DNA from: Ferroglobus placidus DSM 10642
GTDB taxonomy: Archaea > Halobacteriota > Archaeoglobi > Archaeoglobales > Archaeoglobaceae
Reading direction: 5' to 3'
NCBI RefSeq assembly: GCF_000025505.1
Contig: NC_013849.1
Coordinates: 780,001-812,000 of the forward strand
DNA length: 32,000 nucleotides
The position numbers were made by a program, and so were the translations under genes. The notes under the pieces were generated by a model. The model did not search any database. It worked only from the letters and a program-made list of their open reading frames with translations, and was not told where the DNA came from. Below, piece after piece: positions 16,233-25,707 of the stretch. Position 1 is the stretch's first letter; each line of letters opens with the position of its first letter.

Positions 16233-16303
16233 AATTGTTTCTCGAAAACGACCGATAAATACGTTTCGAAAAGTGTTATTTCCGCTAAAATTCATTATCC
16301 GCT

Positions 16304-17323
16304 GTGGAGTGCAACCTCGTCAAGCAAGGATTTCAACCGGGATCCTGTGAGGTGAAAGTCGGAAATAAGATTAGAAGAGCTTGCGAAGCTACGCTTAAAA
16401 AGAATAAATCGTATCAGAGGCTGATAAAATCTGTACAACTTTCCCGCCCGGAAGATTACCTCAGCATATACCAAAGCGGATGCAATCACAGCTGCAAAAA
16501 GTGCCACTCTTGGTACTTCACCCAAATCGCTGACGGCAGATGGATGTCCACGGATGAAATAGCGAGGATTTGCGAAGAATACGAGAGAATTGTAACTGTA
16601 AATGAGCCGAGGAAAAGAGCAACAATGTTTCACGCCACGGATCTGTGCAAGCACTGTGGAAGCTGCATACTAACCGGAAAAAGAAGCGATCTCTGCCCCA
16701 AGAAACTGTCGAAAGATCAAATTCTCGTCAGTCCTCAGGGATTCGGACCGGCAAGAAACATAGTCGCATTTACTGGAGGAGACATCGTTTGTAGAGCTGA
16801 GTTTTACTCAGAAGCTGCTGAGAAAATAAAAGAAGTGGCGAAGCTATGGGTTCTCATAGAGACGAACGGCTACGGTTTAACTCCAAAAAACCTCGATTTG
16901 CTGAAGGATAACGTTGACAGCTTCTGGCTCGACATAAAAGCTTACGACGAAAGAGTTTACAAGGCTTTGTGCGGAACGACCAATAAGTGGATTCTGAAAG
17001 TTCCGGAGTGGATTGTCGAGAGAGGATTTGTTTTGGAAGTCTGCACTCTCTACATACCAAACTGGGTTGAAGCTGATCAGATCGGAAAGATAGCGAAGAT
17101 AATAGCTGAGATAGACCCGGAAATTCCCTTCACAATACTCGCCTACTTCCCGGAGTACAAACTTCACGAAAGAACTCCAACGCTATCCGAGATGATCTCC
17201 GCCTACAGCTCGGCTGTTGAAGCAGGATTGAAGAACGTAAAGCTCGGCAACATAGGAGTTTTTGCAAGAAGTGATACCGACTTCAAGCTTTTACTTGAGG
17301 TTCTCGGAGAGGATGTAATTTAG
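16304..17323 (+). CDS. Radical SAM protein, PflA/PflX-like activase family
   Basis: CNHSCKKCHSW is the CxxxCxxC radical SAM motif. GGD is the glycine-rich SAM motif. An additional CKHCGSC is present. The start is a GTG and is uncertain. Confidence 0.75.
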   Translation: MECNLVKQGFQPGSCEVKVGNKIRRACEATLKKNKSYQRLIKSVQLSRPEDYLSIYQSGCNHSCKKCHSWYFTQIADGRWMSTDEIARICEEYERIVTVNEPRKRATMFHATDLCKHCGSCILTGKRSDLCPKKLSKDQILVSPQGFGPARNIVAFTGGDIVCRAEFYSEAAEKIKEVAKLWVLIETNGYGLTPKNLDLLKDNVDSFWLDIKAYDERVYKALCGTTNKWILKVPEWIVERGFVLEVCTLYIPNWVEADQIGKIAKIIAEIDPEIPFTILAYFPEYKLHERTPTLSEMISAYSSAVEAGLKNVKLGNIGVFARSDTDFKLLLEVLGEDVI

Positions 17324-17424
17324 CCTCCTTATAAGATGCAATTTTCCGCAAAATTTAAAAACCTTCAACTGAAGTTATGATTGCCGTAACGGCTTTTTCT
17401 AAAAAGTTACGAGAAGTGAAGAAT

Positions 17425-18057
17425 ATGATACATGACAAGGTGTTTAAAGGTACGACTACCGTAGGGCTGGTTTGTAAGGACGGAGTGGTGCTTGCGACTG
17501 AAAAAAGAGCGACGATGGGAAACTTCATAGCGAGCAGAAGAGCCAAGAAAATTTACAAGATAACCGACAGAATCGCCATGACCACAGCAGGAAGCGTCGG
17601 AGACGCTCAGTTCTTGGCGAGGCTGATAAAGGTCGAAACGAACTTATACACGATCAGAAAAGAGGAAGAGCCTACAGTAAAGGCTGTAGCCACCCTCGTT
17701 TCGAATCTGCTCAACTCAGTGAGGTACTTCCCTTACCTCGTTCAACTGCTGATAGGAGGAGTCGACAAGACTGGAGCGAAGATCTACTCGATAGATCCCA
17801 TAGGAGGTGCCATAGAAGAGATCGACATCGTAGCCACTGGATCTGGCTCACCAATGGCTTACGGAGTTCTTGAGGACAACTACAGAAAAGACATAAACGT
17901 AGACGAAGCTGTCGAACTCGCAATAAGAGCGATTTACTCGGCTATGAAGAGAGATTCCGCTTCGGGAGACGGGATAGACGTTGTTAAGATTACCGAGAAG
18001 GAGTACGTGGAATTAACGCCGGAAGAGATCGAAGCTATTCTCGAGAAGTTGAGATAG
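17425..18057 (+). CDS. psmB: Proteasome beta subunit
   Basis: The N-terminus reads [30 protein letters not shown], a propeptide followed by the catalytic Thr. I prefer the ATG at 17425 over the track start at 17377. Confidence 0.9.
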   Translation: MIHDKVFKGTTTVGLVCKDGVVLATEKRATMGNFIASRRAKKIYKITDRIAMTTAGSVGDAQFLARLIKVETNLYTIRKEEEPTVKAVATLVSNLLNSVRYFPYLVQLLIGGVDKTGAKIYSIDPIGGAIEEIDIVATGSGSPMAYGVLEDNYRKDINVDEAVELAIRAIYSAMKRDSASGDGIDVVKITEKEYVELTPEEIEAILEKLR

Positions 18058-18060
18058 AGG

Positions 18061-19965
18061 ATGGCTACGAGGAAAGTTTTAAGCGAGCTTAAGGAGAAGA
18101 TAAGAGGCTTTCTTCCAAACATAAAAATAAAGAGCATTGAATTCGAAGGACCGAACCTGGTCGTCTACGTAGAGGATCCCAAACAGCTACTGGGAAGTGG
18201 AGACATAATAAAGAAGCTCGCGAAAGATCTCAGAAAAAGGATTATAGTAAGAGCAGATCCAAAAAGCAGAAAACCGCCAGGAGAGGCTGAAGAAATAATA
18301 AAGCAGGTAGTTCCCGAAGAAGCAAAAATAACGAGCATATTCTTCGACGAAGAGAACGGAGAAGTTATAATCGAGGCAGAGAAGCCGGGAATAGTCATAG
18401 GAAAGAGGGGGAAAACGCTTAGAGAGATAATAATAGAAACGGGCTGGAGTCCAAGGGTAGTTAGGACTCCTCCGATAAGATCTAAGACTATCGAAGACAT
18501 AAGAAATTTCCTTCTGAGTGTAAGAGAGGAGAGAAAGGAGATACTGAAAAAGGTTGGGGAAAGAATACACAGAGGAACGATTTACAAAGACAAATGGGTG
18601 AGGATAACGTTTTTGGGCGGATCGAGAGAAGTCGGCAGAAGCTGCTACCTATTGCAAACGCCGGAAAGCAAGATAATGATAGACTGCGGTGTCAACGTTT
18701 CCAACCTCAACCAGACTCCATACCTCTACGTTCCAGAGGTAACACCCCTCGACAGTATAGATGCCGTAGTTGTCACCCACGCTCATTTAGATCACTGCGG
18801 TCTGATTCCTATCCTTTACAAGTACGGCTACAAAGGTCCGATCTACCTTACTCAACCAACAAGAGATTTGATGGTTTTGCTTCAGCTCGACTTCATCGAC
18901 GTGGCTGTTAAGGAGGGAGGAGTAACTCCCTACGAATCGCAACACATCAGAGAAGCTTTGAAGCACACGATAACTCTCGACTACGGAGTCGTCACCGACA
19001 TAGCTCCGGACGTTAGGTTGACTTTCTACAACGCCGGACATATTCTCGGTTCCGCGATAGCCCACTTCCACATAGGGGAAGGGTTATACAACGTCGCATT
19101 TACCGGCGACTTCAAATTCGAGAGAACGAGGCTTTTCGACAAAGCAGAAACGAACTTCCCGAGACTTGAGGCTTTGGTAATGGAAGCCACCTACGGAGGA
19201 AGCGAAGACTTTCAGCCTTCGAGAAAGGAAGCGGAAGAGAAGCTGATAGAAGTGATAAACAAAACAGTATCGAGGGGTGGAAAAGTTCTAATTCCCGCTT
19301 TCGCAGTAGGAAGAAGTCAGGAAGTCATGATTGTCTTGGAGGAAGCTATAAGAGAGAAGAAGATTCCAGAAGTTCCCGTTTACTTGGACGGAATGATTTA
19401 CGAAGCCACAGCTATCCACACGGCATATCCGGAATACCTCAACGCTCATCTGAGGGATTTGATCTTCCACCAAGGCGTGAATCCTTTCATCTCAGAGAGT
19501 TTTGTTAGGGTCGACTCGGCTTCGAAGAGAGATGAGGTAATAAACGATAAGTCTCCGGCTGTTATAATAGCAACTTCCGGAATGCTAAACGGCGGACCGG
19601 TGATGGAGTACTTTAAAGCTCTCGCTCCAGATGAAAAGAACACCCTCGTCTTCGTAGGTTACCAAGCTGAGGGGACGCTCGGTAGAAGGATACAGAAGGG
19701 TTGGAAAGAAGTTCCCTTCCCGAGCAACGGGAAGAGAGAAGTTGTTTACGTGAACATGGAAGTTGTAACAGTTGACGGTTTCTCAGGACATTCGGACAGA
19801 AGGCAGCTCATAAATTACGTGAAATCCCTAAGCTCAAAGCCGGAGAAAGTTCTTACGGTCCACGGAGACGAGGGGAAGTGCATCGAACTCGCTTCGGCAA
19901 TTTACAAAACCTTCAGAATTGAGACGAGAGCCCCCATGAACCTCGAAACGGTGAGGCTTCTATGA
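18061..19965 (+). CDS. aCPSF1: aCPSF1-type KH-domain / metallo-beta-lactamase / beta-CASP ribonuclease (archaeal transcription termination factor FttA family)
   Basis: The 634-aa product has N-terminal KH-like repeats ([14 protein letters not shown]), the motif [11 protein letters not shown] and a beta-CASP C-terminus ([11 protein letters not shown]...VHGD). Confidence 0.9.
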   Translation: MATRKVLSELKEKIRGFLPNIKIKSIEFEGPNLVVYVEDPKQLLGSGDIIKKLAKDLRKRIIVRADPKSRKPPGEAEEIIKQVVPEEAKITSIFFDEENGEVIIEAEKPGIVIGKRGKTLREIIIETGWSPRVVRTPPIRSKTIEDIRNFLLSVREERKEILKKVGERIHRGTIYKDKWVRITFLGGSREVGRSCYLLQTPESKIMIDCGVNVSNLNQTPYLYVPEVTPLDSIDAVVVTHAHLDHCGLIPILYKYGYKGPIYLTQPTRDLMVLLQLDFIDVAVKEGGVTPYESQHIREALKHTITLDYGVVTDIAPDVRLTFYNAGHILGSAIAHFHIGEGLYNVAFTGDFKFERTRLFDKAETNFPRLEALVMEATYGGSEDFQPSRKEAEEKLIEVINKTVSRGGKVLIPAFAVGRSQEVMIVLEEAIREKKIPEVPVYLDGMIYEATAIHTAYPEYLNAHLRDLIFHQGVNPFISESFVRVDSASKRDEVINDKSPAVIIATSGMLNGGPVMEYFKALAPDEKNTLVFVGYQAEGTLGRRIQKGWKEVPFPSNGKREVVYVNMEVVTVDGFSGHSDRRQLINYVKSLSSKPEKVLTVHGDEGKCIELASAIYKTFRIETRAPMNLETVRLL

Positions 19966-20438
19966 TAATAAGCTTCGTCGGAACTTCGGATAGCGGAAAA
20001 ACGACTCTTCTAACGAAAGTAATTCCGATTCTCGTGGAGCGCGGGTTAAAGGTAGCAGTAGTTAAGCATCACTCTCACGGAGATTTCGAGATAGATAAAG
20101 AGGGAAAGGACTCGTGGAAACTTTATCAAGCCGGAGCTGATGTGGTAATTTCCTCTCCGGTGAAGATGGCTTTCATAAAGCGAGCGACTAACGACGACCT
20201 CGACGAAATTTACGAGCGATATCTGAAAGGAGACTACGACCTCGTTTTGACAGAAGGTTTCAACAAAGCCGGAAAAGACAGAATAGTTATAGTGAGAGAT
20301 CCGAAGGACATCGAGTATTTTAAGCATGGAAAAATACTGGCTGTCGTCTGCGACGAGAAAGTGGAAGGTTACACCTGGTTTAGGAGGGACGAAGTGGAAA
20401 AAATAGCAGAGTTTATTATCAAACTCGTCAAAAGTTGA
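19962..20438 (+). CDS. mobB: Molybdopterin-guanine dinucleotide biosynthesis adapter protein MobB
   Basis: The P-loop is [10 protein letters not shown], followed by VKHH and an EGF motif. There is an ATGA overlap with aCPSF1. Confidence 0.8.
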   Translation: MIISFVGTSDSGKTTLLTKVIPILVERGLKVAVVKHHSHGDFEIDKEGKDSWKLYQAGADVVISSPVKMAFIKRATNDDLDEIYERYLKGDYDLVLTEGFNKAGKDRIVIVRDPKDIEYFKHGKILAVVCDEKVEGYTWFRRDEVEKIAEFIIKLVKS

Positions 20439-20440
20439 GC

Positions 20441-20629
20441 ATGGAGAAGCTTAAGCACCTTCTCGATCACTGGATAGAACACAACAGAGAGCACGCTGAA
20501 AAGTACAAGGAATGGGCTGAAAAAGTGAGAGCTTCCAATCCGGAAATTTCTGAAATTCTCGACAGAGTCGTTGAAAAGATGGAAGAAGTGGAAAAGCTAT
20601 TAAAAGAAGCATACGAGAAGCTAAAATGA
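20441..20629 (+). CDS. Small helical protein with a His-x3-His-x3-His-x3-His ladder, function unknown
   Basis: The N-terminus reads MEKLKHLLDHWIEHNREHAEKY. The gene is coupled to both neighbours: its stop overlaps the hemD ATG. The track ORF starts at the TTG at 20435. Confidence 0.55.
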   Translation: MEKLKHLLDHWIEHNREHAEKYKEWAEKVRASNPEISEILDRVVEKMEEVEKLLKEAYEKLK

Positions 20630-21312
20630 AGGTGGCTTTTTTCAGTCCGAAGAACAGCGCAGAGGAAGTGATTGAAGAAATTAAAAAGTTCGGCTTCACT
20701 CCAATTCACGTGCCGATGGTTGAAATAGTTGAGAGGGAAGTTAACGAGGTTAGAGATGCCGATTACACGATTGTAACGAGCAAAACCGCCGCAAAAATGG
20801 CTGTGAGTAAAAATTTCGTTAAAGGAGACGTTATAGCCATCGGCGAGAAAACTGCTGAAATTTTGAAGGATTTTAATCCAATCACTCCTTCCAAATACGA
20901 CTCAAAAACTCTTTACGAGGAGTTCAGAGATTTTCTTAAGGGAAGAAAGGTAAACTTGTTGAGGAGCGATAAAGGAGATGAAATTCTGTTAAAGCTGTCT
21001 GAGATTTGCGATTTGAAAGAGTACGTTCTCTACGAAATAAAACCGATTGTCGGGGAAGAGCAAAAAAAGATCGTCAGGAGAATAGTTGAGGGGGAAATCG
21101 ACGCTGTAATATTTTCGAGCAGACTGATAGTCAGGAGTTTTTTCGAAAACGCCAAAGCTTGCGGAATTTACGATAAAGCTGCGAAAAGGCTTAACGAGAT
21201 AAAAACGATAGCTTTGGGGAAACCCAGCTGGGAAGAGCTGAAAAAATTCGGAGTAAGTGCAGCATTTCCGAAAAAGTACACTTTTTCGGAGGCTTTGAAA
21301 CTCATAAGATAA
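20626..21312 (+). CDS. hemD: Uroporphyrinogen-III synthase (HEM4 family), tentative
   Basis: The 228-aa size and overall pattern fit archaeal HemD (N-terminal bab unit, TSKTAAKM, AIGEKTAE, IFSSRLIVRSF, ALGKPSWEEL). The family is poorly conserved, so the call is tentative. Confidence 0.55.
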   Translation: MKVAFFSPKNSAEEVIEEIKKFGFTPIHVPMVEIVEREVNEVRDADYTIVTSKTAAKMAVSKNFVKGDVIAIGEKTAEILKDFNPITPSKYDSKTLYEEFRDFLKGRKVNLLRSDKGDEILLKLSEICDLKEYVLYEIKPIVGEEQKKIVRRIVEGEIDAVIFSSRLIVRSFFENAKACGIYDKAAKRLNEIKTIALGKPSWEELKKFGVSAAFPKKYTFSEALKLIR

Positions 21313-21321
21313 TTTTAAATA
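21313..21321 (+). promoter_or_regulatory. Candidate TATA box for rpl10e (leaderless-type spacing)
   Basis: TTTTAAATA is centred about 26 nt upstream of the ATG at 21343. Confidence 0.4.
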
Positions 21322-21342
21322 CAACTCCGCAAACTTTCTGCT

Positions 21343-21867
21343 ATGGCGAGAAAACCAGCGAGAATGTGGAGAAGACTCGAAAGACCCTACACGAGGAAGG
21401 AGTACATCGACGGAGTTCCTGGGCCAAGGATAAGGCAGTTCGACATGGGTAACAAAACCGCTTCTTTCCCCGTCATGGTCACCCTCGTAGCTGAAGAGGC
21501 TGTGCAGATAAGGGACATAGCTTTGGAAGCTGCGAGAGTTGCTGCGAACAAGTACATAACGAAGATGGCTGGAAGCAGCAACTACTACCTCAAAGTCAGG
21601 ATATACCCGCACCACGTTTTGAGGGAGCACAAGATGGCTGTCGGAGCTGGAGCGGACAGAATTTCGCAGGGAATGAGGAAGGCATTCGGAAAGCCGGTAG
21701 GTTTAGCCGCTCAAGTAGAGCCAGGAACGAAGATAATGAGCATATGGACGAAGCCTGAGTTCTTCGAAGCGGCTAAGGAAGCTCTAAAAAGAGCGAGCCA
21801 GAAACTACCAACGCCTACGAGGATAGTGGTTGAAAAAGGCGCCGAACTACTTAAGGGCAAGGTTTAA
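21343..21867 (+). CDS. rpl10e: 50S ribosomal protein L10e (uL16)
   Basis: The sequence MARKPARMWRRLERPYTRKEYIDGVPGPRIRQFDMGN...LREHKMA is the canonical L10e N-terminus. Confidence 0.95.
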   Translation: MARKPARMWRRLERPYTRKEYIDGVPGPRIRQFDMGNKTASFPVMVTLVAEEAVQIRDIALEAARVAANKYITKMAGSSNYYLKVRIYPHHVLREHKMAVGAGADRISQGMRKAFGKPVGLAAQVEPGTKIMSIWTKPEFFEAAKEALKRASQKLPTPTRIVVEKGAELLKGKV

Positions 21868-22536
21868 CTCTTTCAGATAATTTTCCAACTCCTTTCCTTC
21901 GACAAACGGAATTCCGTTTTCTTCAGCGTATTTCATAGCTTTTTCCTTCGGCAAAGCTCTTCCGGTCTCTTCGTCGAGCATCTCGCAAATAGCTACTGCA
22001 GGAGTAATTCCGGCTAACTTCGCAAGGGCTACGCTTAGCTCCGTCTGACCTCTTCTTTCTTCAAGAAGCCTTTCAGCTGCTTTCAACAAAGCAACATGCC
22101 CTGGACTTCTGAATTCGTTTGCAAAATCGAAGTCTTCGCCGTTCAAAACTTTTTCAACAGCTTCGCCGATTTTCCTTATCGTCAAACTTCTGTCCAGATC
22201 GGTAACTCCCGTATAGGTGTCAACGTGATTCACCCAAAGGCTGAAGGAAGAGCGGGAGTCGTAAGGAACCTTTTTCACGAAATTCTTCAGGCTGGAAAAT
22301 TTTGAAGATGCAGCCTCAAGAATCTCGTGCATGAAAGGCAAGCCGAGCTTCTCAGCAGCTTCGTAGCTTATCGCTACGCAAATCAATCCCCCTCCGTCGA
22401 TTCTCATCATAGCCACGTCTTTTGGCTTAACGTTTAAAGCCGGAATTGCTATGTCCGTCTCCCCCTCTCTGTCGTCGTAATCGTAGATTAAAACCGGTTT
22501 ACCTTTTTTAAAGTTCCTTATAGCTTCTTCGATCAT
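21847..22536 (-). CDS. ribB: 3,4-dihydroxy-2-butanone 4-phosphate synthase
   Basis: The sequence GKPVLIYDYDDREGETDIAIPA...DGGGLICVA...FRSPGHVALLKAA...RRGQTELSVALAKLAG...ICEM matches the MJ0055-type RibB. Confidence 0.9.
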   Translation of the reverse strand: MIEEAIRNFKKGKPVLIYDYDDREGETDIAIPALNVKPKDVAMMRIDGGGLICVAISYEAAEKLGLPFMHEILEAASSKFSSLKNFVKKVPYDSRSSFSLWVNHVDTYTGVTDLDRSLTIRKIGEAVEKVLNGEDFDFANEFRSPGHVALLKAAERLLEERRGQTELSVALAKLAGITPAVAICEMLDEETGRALPKEKAMKYAEENGIPFVEGKELENYLKELNLALK

Positions 22537-23180
22537 AATTCCACCTCCACCTCAACCTCGTCTCCATCTTTCAATCCGAGCTTCTCCCTCAGATTTACCG
22601 GAGCGATAATCTCCAGAACGTCTTTGGAGTAGTGTGTTCTCTCCGGAATTATCACAGCACCCTTAACGCTGTTTATCGAGCAACGAAAAGCCTTCACGTT
22701 TCCGAAAGTCCTGTCTTCGGTTTTGAATCCTTCTATCAGAATTCCCTCCTCCTCGTCCATCCTCGCTCTAAGAACGATCTGATCCTTCGAAAGCTTCAGG
22801 TTGAGGGTGCCGGGGAAGGGATCGAAGCCGAGTTTTTCGATAAACTGCTTTCTGTAGCCTTCGAGGGAAACGTAGTACTTCCCTTCTCCAAGACCGCTTA
22901 TCACCTTCCCTCTGATAACGATCTTTTCCAAATCTTCGAAAATTTTTTTATAGTCGAGGTACTCCTTGTAGAGAAGCTCCCTGCCCTTCTCCGTTATTAT
23001 CACGTACTGCCCGTCCTTCCGAATAATTCTCTCTATGTACCCCATCTCCTCAAGCTCCTTCAGTTTTCTCGCCGCAGTCTGAACGCTCTGGTTAATTTTC
23101 TCAGCGAGATCTTTCGAGCAGATTTTAACAGCTTTCTTCGTTGCGTTCATCAGCGCGAGTTGTTTCAGCGTTTCCATCAT
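22533..23180 (-). CDS. rbkR: CTP-dependent riboflavin kinase fused to an N-terminal winged-helix DNA-binding domain (RbkR type)
   Basis: The N-terminal HTH reads LAEKINQSVQTAARKLKELEEMGYIERI. The C-terminal archaeal RibK region reads GKVISGLGEGKYYVSLEGYRKQF...GFDPFPGTLNLKL. The gene overlaps ribB. Confidence 0.85.
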   Translation of the reverse strand: MMETLKQLALMNATKKAVKICSKDLAEKINQSVQTAARKLKELEEMGYIERIIRKDGQYVIITEKGRELLYKEYLDYKKIFEDLEKIVIRGKVISGLGEGKYYVSLEGYRKQFIEKLGFDPFPGTLNLKLSKDQIVLRARMDEEEGILIEGFKTEDRTFGNVKAFRCSINSVKGAVIIPERTHYSKDVLEIIAPVNLREKLGLKDGDEVEVEVEL

Positions 23181-23226
23181 CTTCTCAAAAATGAGATGCT
23201 TCTCAGATATAAAGATTTTGATCGCC
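23181..23226 (-). promoter_or_regulatory. rbkR-ribB promoter with a candidate operator
   Basis: On the minus strand, a TTTATAT TATA box (23207-23214) is followed by the palindrome TGAGA-N4-TCTCA (23192-23205). TGAGAAG occurs twice, 18 nt apart. The whole intergenic region is only 46 bp. Confidence 0.4.
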
Positions 23227-24597
23227 TTAGTAAATCTTAACGGTGTGCTCTACCACGTGAAGATATGTTATAATCGGGGGCATCTGGTCAACTAAAAGCC
23301 TGTAAGTTGATTGAGCGGTATTGAATCCATCAGCTCTGCCTTCGTAGATAACTATATCCGGCGACGTTTGGGCAGCAAGAACTCTAAAGTAATGCTCGGT
23401 AACGTTTTTTAAAGTAAGTACTTTACCTTCGTTGAAGTCTCCGAGCTGGTCGTTGACGAAATCCGTTTCGTTAATGTCGTTTCCCCAAGTCCATGTGACA
23501 GATGAGAAAGCGTTAGTCGGCCATCTAACTCCTCCCACGTTTATAGCTGCATCAGGTTTCTTGTACTCCATCCATATTGACTCGTTGAGAAAATCGAGGG
23601 AATAAAAACCGTCGTCATTCCACTTTAATGTTGTATTAGACTCCCACGATTCGTATTTCGATTCGTTTCCATAGTATACTCGAAGAATGAATTCGTTAGC
23701 ACTACCTTGCCTTTTTTGCATATATATTACAAGGGCTGGATCGGTATCGGTGTACCAGACGAGTTTGTAGTTTGACCGCAACTCATACAGATTTAACACG
23801 AATTCTTTTATCGGCTCTTCGTCGCTGTAATTCAACCTCGTTATTCTTATAGGCATCTCATACGTTTTAAAAACCGGAGCGGATTTTACTGCAAGCTCGA
23901 ACGTCACAGTGTTGTTTTCCGCGTCGATACTTCTAACTTCCGCATCGCTCCTCTCTTCAAAATAATTCATCCACCCGTCCCAGAACTCGCTCGTCACCTT
24001 AACTATAAGATAATCGCACTCCAATGGATTTACGAATCTCGGGTCTTTGGAAGGATCGGGATAAATTTTAGTTATTTTTACTCTCTTAACGCTTAAATCA
24101 ACCACACCGCTCCCGGCAATTGAAGCGGAAGAATCAATTTTTATTATCGGGAACGTCAGCGTATCTATCTTGTAATGAAACTCAGGTGGCGAGACCATTA
24201 CAGTTTTTCCACTCCTTTTCAGCCAGACACCGCCTCCTTCGTAACCTATAACCACATCTCCAATTCTGAAAACAACCCTTCCTATTGATGAGCTGTAAAT
24301 CACCTTCTCCTCCGTTCCGTTAAAAACTCCAATTATCGTTATGTTGTTTCCACCGCTTTCTATACTCAAAGAACCTCCGAGAAGGTTAAAAGATATGCTC
24401 TGGCTTGGAGAATCTCCGAGAGAAGCTCTACTTGCAACGTAATCGAGGAGAGACATCTGAACTTCAGCTATTCTAATTTTAGATTCGAAAATCTGATCGG
24501 AAATGTAAGGGTAAGAGATAGTAAAGACAGTCACAGCTACCAGCGTCACTATTCCGAACATCAACAACCACCCAACCACTTCCGACACAGCCCTCAT
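23227..24597 (-). CDS. Class III signal peptide (type IV pilin-like) protein, 456 aa, large beta-rich extracellular domain
   Basis: The N-terminus MRA|VSEVVGWLLMFGIVTLVAVTVFTI has a basic residue, a small residue and then a ~22-residue hydrophobic helix. At least 9 N-x-S/T sequons are present. It shares the motif DTLTFPIIKIDSSASIAGSG with the upstream 224-aa protein. Confidence 0.8.
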   Translation of the reverse strand: MRAVSEVVGWLLMFGIVTLVAVTVFTISYPYISDQIFESKIRIAEVQMSLLDYVASRASLGDSPSQSISFNLLGGSLSIESGGNNITIIGVFNGTEEKVIYSSSIGRVVFRIGDVVIGYEGGGVWLKRSGKTVMVSPPEFHYKIDTLTFPIIKIDSSASIAGSGVVDLSVKRVKITKIYPDPSKDPRFVNPLECDYLIVKVTSEFWDGWMNYFEERSDAEVRSIDAENNTVTFELAVKSAPVFKTYEMPIRITRLNYSDEEPIKEFVLNLYELRSNYKLVWYTDTDPALVIYMQKRQGSANEFILRVYYGNESKYESWESNTTLKWNDDGFYSLDFLNESIWMEYKKPDAAINVGGVRWPTNAFSSVTWTWGNDINETDFVNDQLGDFNEGKVLTLKNVTEHYFRVLAAQTSPDIVIYEGRADGFNTAQSTYRLLVDQMPPIITYLHVVEHTVKIY

Positions 24598-24599
24598 AG

Positions 24600-25274
24600 C
24601 TAACCACTCAGTATTTCGAGAGAGACCAGAGAATACTTCACGAGAATTTTCGATTCATTCAAAAATATTCTGTCGCCTACTCTCGTGTAATTAACTCCTA
24701 CTTCTTTTAATATGCTTTCCCACGCATCCGCGTTTACGCTTTCTATTGTAACGTTGTTCGCCTCGAAAACACCCCCTCCGAGGTTTTCGAATCCAATTAT
24801 CACCTTCGCTTTTCCTCCAATGCTTTCAAAGCTCGAAAACTCGATAACTGGGAAAAGAACTGTGTCTCCAGCTTTTAAAACTCTCGGAGCGTAATCCAAG
24901 ACGAATCTGTCTCCGTAATAAGTAAAGACGGCATCGTTTTCGAGAACAATTCTAACGTCGTCTTTTTCATACACGAAGCTGTAAAGAGGAATTGTTGTAT
25001 TTCTCAGCGATACGTTCCCGCTTCTTTGCAAGTAAAAGGTTCCTTCGTATATTGTTATTTGCGTGTTTCTCGATGGAAAGCTATCGAAAACAACTTTATC
25101 GAGATTCGACTTCAAAAGAACGTAAGAAGACCTCATTTCGCTCATGTGATTGGAACTAATTATTGACTCGCTCAAAACTTTCGATCCGGAGAGAATCATC
25201 CCGGTAGCTATCGCAACTATCGTTAATATTATCGCTATGCCAACTTCGGTTGAAAGAGCTTTATCTCTCCTCAA
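24600..25274 (-). CDS. Class III signal peptide (type IV pilin-like) protein, 224 aa
   Basis: The N-terminus reads MRRDKA|LSTEVGIAIILTIVAIATGMIL. The core motif DTVLFPVIEFSSFESIGG is paralogous to that of the 456-aa protein. Confidence 0.8.
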   Translation of the reverse strand: MRRDKALSTEVGIAIILTIVAIATGMILSGSKVLSESIISSNHMSEMRSSYVLLKSNLDKVVFDSFPSRNTQITIYEGTFYLQRSGNVSLRNTTIPLYSFVYEKDDVRIVLENDAVFTYYGDRFVLDYAPRVLKAGDTVLFPVIEFSSFESIGGKAKVIIGFENLGGGVFEANNVTIESVNADAWESILKEVGVNYTRVGDRIFLNESKILVKYSLVSLEILSG

Positions 25275-25707
25275 GATTTGTCACCTCGATTTTACCCCTT
25301 TCCGGATGGTAAACCAGATAAGCATTCACGCTAAGCGCTTCGCTCTCTTCAACCGGAATTTTGCTGCTGATAGGAACAAAAACCGAATACTTTCCTTCCA
25401 ACTCTACAGATCCCGGTTTTATTCTGATAATGTATGTCTCTCCCCCGATCTTCTCCGGAACCTCCAGTTTTTTTACCATCGTAAGGTTTCCAGGGTAAAT
25501 CGTCAGATAGTACATCGCGTGCAGGTCGTTCACTATTTTAGCGGCAACGTTCTGCATCGTGGCTTTAACAGCCGTCTCCTCCACTGACTTGAAAACTGAG
25601 TTGTAGTTTAAGAGAACCATCATGACGAGTAACGACAAAATTGAGAGCAGAAATAACGCCTCGAGAGTTTCCGACACTCCTCTAATCGAATTTAAATTTC
25701 TTCTCAA
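25261..25707 (-). CDS. Class III signal peptide (type IV pilin-like) protein, 148 aa
   Basis: The N-terminus reads MRRNLNSIRG|VSETLEALFLLSILSLLVMMVLL. The gene overlaps both neighbours. Confidence 0.8.
   Translation of the reverse strand: MRRNLNSIRGVSETLEALFLLSILSLLVMMVLLNYNSVFKSVEETAVKATMQNVAAKIVNDLHAMYYLTIYPGNLTMVKKLEVPEKIGGETYIIRIKPGSVELEGKYSVFVPISSKIPVEESEALSVNAYLVYHPERGKIEVTNLEER

Noticed and set aside
16233-16654. Long N-terminal extension of the dehydratase ORF (to 16295) and the 119-aa minus ORF 16295..16654
   Set aside because: The AbfD-family alignment starts at MISGEEY (16232), which has a TATA-like element at leaderless spacing. The 119-aa ORF is antisense to the radical SAM gene's CxxxCxxC region.
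20989-21630. 213-aa ORF on the minus strand
   Set aside because: It spans the hemD 3' end, the intergenic promoter and the rpl10e 5' half. rpl10e is unmistakable, so this is a chance antisense frame.
22632-23240. 202-aa ORF on the plus strand
   Set aside because: It is antisense to the HTH-riboflavin kinase gene, which matches the archaeal RibK motif PFPGTLNLKL.
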